A stretch of DNA of 64,000 bases, taken from positions 128,001-192,000 of the forward strand of contig CAWGJO010000020.1 of NCBI GenBank assembly GCA_963822945.1. The letters run 5' to 3'. Every line of letters starts with the position of its first letter. The stretch's first letter is position 1. This document shows, piece by piece, positions 57,817 to 64,000 of the stretch. Source of the DNA: an uncultured Gemmatimonadaceae bacterium. GTDB taxonomy: Bacteria > Gemmatimonadota > Gemmatimonadetes > Gemmatimonadales > Gemmatimonadaceae. The position numbers were made by a program, and so were the translations under genes. Under the pieces are notes generated by a model that was not told where the DNA came from, did not search any database, and saw only the letters and a list, made by a program, of their open reading frames with translations.

Positions 57817-60800
57817 ATGTCCTTCGTACACCTCCACTGCCATTCCGAGTACTCCCTGCTCGACGGCGCCAACCGGATCGACGACCTGATCCGGCGGGCC
57901 CAGGAATTCGAGCAGCCGGCCCTCGCGATCACCGACCACGGCAATCTCCACGCCGCCTGGGAATTTCAGGAGAAGGCGAAGAAGGCCGGGGTCAAGCCGA
58001 TCATCGGCATGGAAGCGTACGTCGCCCCGGGTGACCGGCGCGAGCGCAGCCGCGGCCCGAACGGCAAGGCCTATTACCATCTGGTGCTGCTGGCCCGGGA
58101 CCTCGTCGGGTACCGCAACCTGTCCAAGCTCTCGTCTCTGGGGTACACCGAGGGCTTCTACTCGCGCCCCCGCCTCGACCGGGAACTGCTGGCCCGGTAC
58201 AACGAGGGGCTCATCGTGTCGTCGGCCTGCCTGGCCGGAGAGATCGCCAGCCACCTGCAGCACGACGACATGGAGGGCGCCCGCGAAGCCGCCGCCTGGT
58301 ACGCCGAGCTGTTCAAGGACCGCTACTACCTGGAAGTCCAGGCGCACGACTCCGAGGGGCAGGCCCATCTGAACGAGGGCGTGTTCGCGCTGGCGCGGGA
58401 CATGAACCTCCCGGTCATCGCCACCAACGATGCCCACTTCCTGTCGGCCGCCGACCACGACGCGCACGACGTGCTGCTGTGCATCGGCCTGGGCAAGGAC
58501 CGCGAGTCGCGCGACCGCATGCGCTACGACAACGGGCTCTACTTCAAGAGCGGGCCCGAGATCGCCGAGCGCTTTCCGGACCGGCCGGACGTCCTCACCA
58601 ACACACTGGCGATCGCCGACCAGGTGGACGTCACGTTCACCAAGAAGTACCACGTCCCGTCGTTCCCGCTCCCCGACGGGGTGGCGTCGGAAAACGAGCT
58701 GCTGGTGCGGCTCGCGGAGGCCGGCGCCCGCGACCGGTACGGCGACCCGCTGCCCGACGAGGTGAAGGAGCGGCTGGAGTACGAACTCGGCGTGATCACG
58801 AAGACCGGCTACGCCGGCTACTTCCTGATCGTGTACGACTTCATCAAGGCGGCGCGCGACCTCGGCATCCCGGTGGGACCGGGCCGCGGTTCGGCGGCCG
58901 GCTCGCTGGTGGCCTACTCGCTGCGGATCACGGATGTCTGTCCGCTCAAGTACGACCTGCTCTTCGAGCGCTTCCTGAATCCCGAACGTGTGTCGATGCC
59001 CGACATCGACGTGGACTTCTGCTTCGAGCGCCGCGGCGAGGTGATCGAATACGTGCGGCAGAAGTACGGGCGCGAGTCGGTGGGACAGATCGTCACCTTC
59101 GGCACCATGAAATCGCGGGCCGCGATCAAGGACGTGGGGCGCGTGCTGGGGTTCACGCCGGCCGAGACCGACGCGCTGGCCAAGCTGGTGCCCAACCAGC
59201 CGAACTTCTCGCTCACCGTCAAGGAAGCGGTGGAGCAGGTGCCCGAGGTCAAGAAGCTCTACCGGAACGACGAGCGCTACCGGCAGCTGCTCGACTACGC
59301 CAAGGCCCTCGAAGGACTGTCGCGGCATACGGGCGTGCACGCGGCCGGCGTGGTGATCGCCCCGGGCCCGCTGGACGACTACGTGCCGGTGTGCACGCAG
59401 GCGTCCAAGGGGGCGGGCGCCGGGAGCGACGAGGCCGTCGTGGTCACGCAGTACGACATGGGCGCGCTGGAGAAGGCGGGGATGCTCAAGATGGACTTCC
59501 TCGGCCTCACCACGCTGACCGTGATCAAGGACGCGCTGGACGCCATCGAGAGCACCACGGGCACGCGCCCCGACCTCACCACCATCGACGACGCCGACCC
59601 CAAGGTCTACCAGATGCTCCGGGCCGGCCGCACGATCGGGGTGTTCCAGTTCGAGTCGGCGCTGGCCACGGAGCTGCTGCGGGGCATGCGCTGCGACCGG
59701 TTCGACGACCTCGTGGCGTCGAACGCGCTCATGCGCCCCGGCCCACTCGACGCCGGCATGCACCGGGTGTATCAGCGGCGCAAGCGCGGCGAGGAAGCGG
59801 TGACCTACGCCCTCCCCGAGTTGCAGGCCGTGCTGGAGCCGACCTACGGGGTGATCACGTACCAGGAGCAGGTGATGCGAATCGCCCAGCTCCTGGCCGG
59901 CATCTCGCTGGCCGAAGCCGACGTCCTGCGTAAGGCGGTGGGCAAGAAGGACGCGGAGCTGATCAAGAAGGAGCTGGGCAAGTTCGTCGAGAAGGCGGTG
60001 GCCCGCGGGCACGACCGCAAGATCATCGAGGAACTGGCCGGACAGATCGAGACCTTCGGCCGCTACGGCTTCAACAAGTCGCACTCGGTGGCCTACTCGG
60101 TCATCTCGTACCAGACCGCGTGGCTCAAGACGCACCACCCGGCCGAGTTCATGGCCGCCCTGCTGTCGTCGGCCATCGGCGACACCGACAGCGTGGTGAA
60201 GTTCATCAACGAGGCACGCGAGTTGGGCATCGAGGTGCTCCCGCCGGCGGTGAACGAATCGGGCTACAAGTTCACGGTCGTCGGCGAGAAGCGCATCCGG
60301 TTCGGGCTCGGCGCCATCCGCAACGTGGGCCGGGGCGCCATCGACTCGATCCTCGCGGCACGCGCCGAGAAGCCGATTACCGACCTGTACGACCTGTGCG
60401 AGCGCGTCGACCTGCGGCTGTGCAACCGGCGCGTGTTCGAGGCCCTGATCGCGTCGGGCGCGCTCGACGATCTGGGCGGGCACCGGCAGCAGTACCTGGC
60501 GGCGCTCGACATCGCGCTCCAGGAAGCGTCGCTCATGCAGCAGGAACGGACCACGGGCCAGGGCTCGCTGTTCGGCGGCCTCGATGAATCGGCGGCCGCG
60601 GCCCCGCTGCACCAGAATCGGACGCTGCCCAACGTGGCCCCGATGACCGAGTCCGACCGGTTGGCCAAGGAGAAGGAGATCATCGGGTTCTACATCTCGG
60701 GCCACCCCCTGGAGCCTTTCCGGGTGGAGTGCGAGCTGTTCGCCAGCTGCACCGTGGCCGAACTCGGCCGGTGGACCCACGAGGAACAGTCCATCGGCTG

Positions 60801-61311
60801 TGTGGTCACGGCCATCCGCCGCCAGATCAGCAAGAAGACCGGCGCCGAGTTCGCCCGGTTGACAGTGGAGGATTTTTCGGGATCTTCGGAGGTGCTGGTG
60901 TTCCCCGAAGCCTGGGGGTTGATCAGCGACCGGCTGAGAACCGACGTGCCGGTGCTGATCAAGGGCGGGTATTCCCGCCGCGACCAGGAGACGGATCATC
61001 CAACCTTCATCGTGGCGTCGGTGACGCCGTTCGCCGAACTGCGCCTCAACGGGCAGGTGGCGGTGGCGATCGAACTGACGCCGGACGAGATCGTGAGCGC
61101 CGACATCATGCGAGACGTACGCTCCGTAGTCGAGGCGCATTCGACCTCCCACGCCGGCACCCCGCCGCTCGAAGTGCGTTGGAGCGACGGGTCGGGGGCC
61201 AGCGAGCGCTTCCTGTCGCGGTCGCTCCGGCTCACCGCCACGCAGGCCGCGCTCACCGACCTCCGGGCGGTGCTCGGCGCCGACCGCGTGCGCCTCGTGC
61301 GCGGAGGCTGA
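57817..61311 (+). CDS. dnaE: DNA polymerase III alpha subunit
   Basis: PHP domain HLHCH, GRGSAAG, PDIDVDF, KMDFLGL, YGFNKSH, OB fold. Confidence 0.98.
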   Translation: MSFVHLHCHSEYSLLDGANRIDDLIRRAQEFEQPALAITDHGNLHAAWEFQEKAKKAGVKPIIGMEAYVAPGDRRERSRGPNGKAYYHLVLLARDLVGYRNLSKLSSLGYTEGFYSRPRLDRELLARYNEGLIVSSACLAGEIASHLQHDDMEGAREAAAWYAELFKDRYYLEVQAHDSEGQAHLNEGVFALARDMNLPVIATNDAHFLSAADHDAHDVLLCIGLGKDRESRDRMRYDNGLYFKSGPEIAERFPDRPDVLTNTLAIADQVDVTFTKKYHVPSFPLPDGVASENELLVRLAEAGARDRYGDPLPDEVKERLEYELGVITKTGYAGYFLIVYDFIKAARDLGIPVGPGRGSAAGSLVAYSLRITDVCPLKYDLLFERFLNPERVSMPDIDVDFCFERRGEVIEYVRQKYGRESVGQIVTFGTMKSRAAIKDVGRVLGFTPAETDALAKLVPNQPNFSLTVKEAVEQVPEVKKLYRNDERYRQLLDYAKALEGLSRHTGVHAAGVVIAPGPLDDYVPVCTQASKGAGAGSDEAVVVTQYDMGALEKAGMLKMDFLGLTTLTVIKDALDAIESTTGTRPDLTTIDDADPKVYQMLRAGRTIGVFQFESALATELLRGMRCDRFDDLVASNALMRPGPLDAGMHRVYQRRKRGEEAVTYALPELQAVLEPTYGVITYQEQVMRIAQLLAGISLAEADVLRKAVGKKDAELIKKELGKFVEKAVARGHDRKIIEELAGQIETFGRYGFNKSHSVAYSVISYQTAWLKTHHPAEFMAALLSSAIGDTDSVVKFINEARELGIEVLPPAVNESGYKFTVVGEKRIRFGLGAIRNVGRGAIDSILAARAEKPITDLYDLCERVDLRLCNRRVFEALIASGALDDLGGHRQQYLAALDIALQEASLMQQERTTGQGSLFGGLDESAAAAPLHQNRTLPNVAPMTESDRLAKEKEIIGFYISGHPLEPFRVECELFASCTVAELGRWTHEEQSIGCVVTAIRRQISKKTGAEFARLTVEDFSGSSEVLVFPEAWGLISDRLRTDVPVLIKGGYSRRDQETDHPTFIVASVTPFAELRLNGQVAVAIELTPDEIVSADIMRDVRSVVEAHSTSHAGTPPLEVRWSDGSGASERFLSRSLRLTATQAALTDLRAVLGADRVRLVRGG

Positions 61312-61313
61312 CC

Positions 61314-62279
61314 ATGGCCACCGCATCCCTGGAGTTCGAGAAGCCGCTCGTCGAACTCGAAAAGCAGATCGAGGAACTCAAGCGCCTGGCCGGCGACCGG
61401 CAGTTGGACGTCGCCCGTGAACTGGCCCCGTTGGAGCAGAAGCTCACCGAGTTGCGCGAGGAGATCTATCGCAACCTGACGCCCTGGCAGCGCGTGTTGG
61501 TGGCGCGCAGCAACAAGCGCCCCTTCACGCTCGACTACCTCCGGCTGGCGTTCACCGACTTCGTCGAACTGCACGGCGACCGCCTGTATCGCGAGGATCC
61601 GGCCATCGTCGGCGGCTGGGCGCGACTGGACGGCGACTCGGTGATGGTGATCGGCCACCAGCGCGGCCGCGATACCAAGGAGATCGTCAAGCGCAACTTC
61701 GGCATGCCCCACCCCGAGGGCTACCGCAAGGCCCTGCGCCTCATGAAGCTCGCTGAGAAGTTCCACGTCCCCGTGATCACGTTCATCGACACGATGGGCG
61801 CCTGGGCCGGACTCGGCGCCGAGGAGCGCGGACAGTCGGAGGCCATCGCCCGCAACCTGTTCGAGATGAGCCGGCTCAAGGTGCCCATTCTCGCCACGGT
61901 GATCGGCGAGGGCGGATCGGGGGGAGCCCTGGGTCTGGGAGTGGCCGACCGCGTGATGATGTTGGAGAACTCGGTATATTCCGTGATCTCCGTGGAGGGA
62001 TGCGCGGCCATCTTGTGGAAGGACGGCAAGAGCCCGGAAATGCGGGAGAAGGCCGCCTCGGCGCTCAAGATCACCGCCCCCGACCTGTACGAGCTGCGCA
62101 TCATCGACGAGATCATCCCGGAGCCGCCGGGCGGCGCCCACGCCGACTACGAGACCACCGCCGAGACCCTCAAGGAAGCGCTGCTGCGCAACCTCGACGA
62201 TCTCAGCCGTCTCAAGCCGGACAAGCTGGTGCGCCGCCGGCGCGAGAAATTCACGCGGATGGGTCAGTATCTGGAGTAG
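61314..62279 (+). CDS. accA: Acetyl-CoA carboxylase carboxyltransferase alpha
   Basis: [34 protein letters not shown]. Confidence 0.98.
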   Translation: MATASLEFEKPLVELEKQIEELKRLAGDRQLDVARELAPLEQKLTELREEIYRNLTPWQRVLVARSNKRPFTLDYLRLAFTDFVELHGDRLYREDPAIVGGWARLDGDSVMVIGHQRGRDTKEIVKRNFGMPHPEGYRKALRLMKLAEKFHVPVITFIDTMGAWAGLGAEERGQSEAIARNLFEMSRLKVPILATVIGEGGSGGALGLGVADRVMMLENSVYSVISVEGCAAILWKDGKSPEMREKAASALKITAPDLYELRIIDEIIPEPPGGAHADYETTAETLKEALLRNLDDLSRLKPDKLVRRRREKFTRMGQYLE

Positions 62280-62281
62280 TC

Positions 62282-63490
62282 GTGGCGCACCTCATCGAAG
62301 TCGCGTTCAAGGGCAATCGGAAGGAATTCTTCATCTGGGAACAGGACGAACTGCCGCCGGTCAAGGCGCCGGTGGTCGTCGAAGCCGACCGGGGTGAGGA
62401 CATCGGCCACGTCCACGCCGTGGGCGAACGGGCCGCCAAGCGCAACGCCGGTGCGTCGCACGGCTACGGCGCCGGCCTTCCCGGCAAGCGTGCCCGCCGC
62501 GTGGCCTCCGACGACGAGGTGGCCCGGCTCCGCCAACTCCGCGACCAGGACGAAGAGGCCCGCCGCCGTGCCATGGAGCGGGTCAAGGCCAACGGGCTCG
62601 TGATGAAGGTCTCCGACGCCGAATGGCAGTGGGATCGCAAGAAGCTCACCTTCTACTTCACGGCCGAGAAGCGCGTCGACTTCCGGACCCTGGTGCGCGA
62701 ACTCGCCTCCACCTTCCGCACGCGCATCGAGCTCAAGCAGATCGGCGTCCGCGACGAAGCCAAGCGTCTGGACGGCGTGGGCCGCTGTGGCCGCCAGTAC
62801 TGTTCGGCCTCGTGGCTCCCGGAGCTGCTGCCCGTGAACCTGGGCGTGGCCAAGGACCAGCGGCTCTCGCTCAATCCAACGCAGATCTCCGGCGCCTGCG
62901 GCCGGCTGATGTGCTGTCTGCGCTACGAGCACGAGTTCTACGTGCGGAGCCGCAAGCGATTCCCCAAGGAAGGCCGGCTGCTGACCACCTCGCGCGGCGA
63001 GGAGAAGGTGCTGGCCAACGACATCTTTCGCGAGCGGGTGACGCTGCGAGGGCCGGACGGCGAGGCCCGCGTGGTGCCGCTGGCAGAGTTGCGTGAAGAA
63101 GTGGCCCAGACCGAGCCTGACGCCGCGTGGCTCCGCGCCGGCCAGTCCGGCGGGACCGGCGGATCCGAGCGGTCCGCCGGCACGGCGCCGGCCAACCACC
63201 GGGCGCCACGAGAGCCCCGGGCCGACGCGCCGCCGGTCGCGGCTTCGGCCCCTGCCGCGGCGCCCGCTCCGGCCCCGCCGGTGGCCGACAAGGGTACGCC
63301 GGCCGCGGAGAACGCCGCCGGAGAAGGAACGCATCGTCCGCATCGCCGCCGCGGTCGCCGGGGCGGCCGCCGCAACCGCGGCGGATCGCGTCCCAACCAC
63401 GGACGCCCCGATGGCAAGGGATCGGACGACTCCGGCGCCGGCGGCGCGCCACCCGATGCCCCGCCCGCGCCGCCCACCAACGGAGCCTGA
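62282..63490 (+). CDS. ricT: RicT/YaaT (PSP1 domain) protein with low-complexity basic tail
   Basis: FYFTAEKRVDFR.LV..LA..FRTRIELKQIGVRDEAK, CGR..C, SGACGRLMCCL.YE. Confidence 0.88.
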   Translation: MAHLIEVAFKGNRKEFFIWEQDELPPVKAPVVVEADRGEDIGHVHAVGERAAKRNAGASHGYGAGLPGKRARRVASDDEVARLRQLRDQDEEARRRAMERVKANGLVMKVSDAEWQWDRKKLTFYFTAEKRVDFRTLVRELASTFRTRIELKQIGVRDEAKRLDGVGRCGRQYCSASWLPELLPVNLGVAKDQRLSLNPTQISGACGRLMCCLRYEHEFYVRSRKRFPKEGRLLTTSRGEEKVLANDIFRERVTLRGPDGEARVVPLAELREEVAQTEPDAAWLRAGQSGGTGGSERSAGTAPANHRAPREPRADAPPVAASAPAAAPAPAPPVADKGTPAAENAAGEGTHRPHRRRGRRGGRRNRGGSRPNHGRPDGKGSDDSGAGGAPPDAPPAPPTNGA

Positions 63491-64000
63491 GTGCCCCAAT
63501 TCTACATCACGACCGCCATTGACTATGCCAATGGCGAACCGCACCTCGGACACGCGCTGGAGAAGATCGGTGCGGACGCCATCGCCCGCTACCGCCGCCT
63601 GCGCGGCGACGATGTGCATTTTCTCATGGGCATGGACGAGCACGGCCAGAAGGTGGCGCAGGCCGCCGCCGAACGCGGGGTGCCGCCGCAGGAGCTGGTG
63701 GACCGCATCGCCGCGTCGTTCCAGGCCATGTGGGCACGGCTCGACGTTTCCTACGACCAGTTCATTCGCACCACGCAACCCGCGCACAAGGCCGGCGTCC
63801 GGGCGCTGATCACGCGCATCCACGAACTCAACCCCGACGACTTCTACGAGAAGACGTACGAGGGCTGGTATTGCGTGGGGTGCGAACTGTTCAAGCGCGA
63901 CGACGAGATCGTGGACGGCAAGTGCGTGTTGCACCCGACGCGCGAGTTGCAGTGGACGCAGGAGACGAACTGGTTCTTCCGGCTCACCCGCTACGCGCCG
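63491..64000 (+). CDS. metG: Methionine--tRNA ligase, 5' part (runs off the window)
   Basis: Manual translation from GTG 63491: PQFYITTAIDYANGEPHLGH, GMDEHGQK, FIRTT, YEGWYCVGCE. Confidence 0.95.
   Translation, partial: MPQFYITTAIDYANGEPHLGHALEKIGADAIARYRRLRGDDVHFLMGMDEHGQKVAQAAAERGVPPQELVDRIAASFQAMWARLDVSYDQFIRTTQPAHKAGVRALITRIHELNPDDFYEKTYEGWYCVGCELFKRDDEIVDGKCVLHPTRELQWTQETNWFFRLTRYAP

Noticed and set aside
57808..61326. 1172-aa antisense ORF mirroring dnaE (likewise 14583-17144, 7746-10382, 2405-4837, 18276-20483, 54300-56246)
   Set aside because: Shadow ORFs expected from high-GC codon bias; no recognisable motifs, and they lie opposite well-supported genes

Overview
This is a gene-dense, very GC-rich stretch of bacterial core chromosome with about 55 CDS. 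Gene content and order suggest Gemmatimonadota (inference). I saw no rRNA, tRNA, CRISPR array, transposase or prophage. Housekeeping blocks: pdp, ligA, tdk, coaE, gcvH/gcvP, an Opp/Dpp ABC transporter plus a POT transporter, lipA-pdhABC-lpdA-lipB, a UvrD helicase, and dnaE-accA-ricT-metG. Main points of interest: (1) a co-oriented nurA-herA-mre11(sbcD)-rad50(sbcC) DNA end-resection cluster, the four-gene set best known from archaea, extended by a tandem DUF2283-like gene, an Lrp/AsnC ligand-binding gene and a translationally coupled GNAT; (2) a PTPS-II/folE/SDR/Trm112-like operon resembling a tetrahydrobiopterin-type pathway, with a two-hairpin leader; (3) a CIRCE (HrcA) operator in front of an uncharacterised gene; (4) a DeaD-like protein lacking recognisable helicase motifs; (5) both LipM-type and LipB-type octanoyltransferases; (6) a 16-bp intergenic tandem repeat. 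Five genes (ligA, lipM-like, oppA, pdhB, lpdA) each carry one extra base, most likely sequencing or assembly errors. All family calls come from motif recognition by eye, not database searches.
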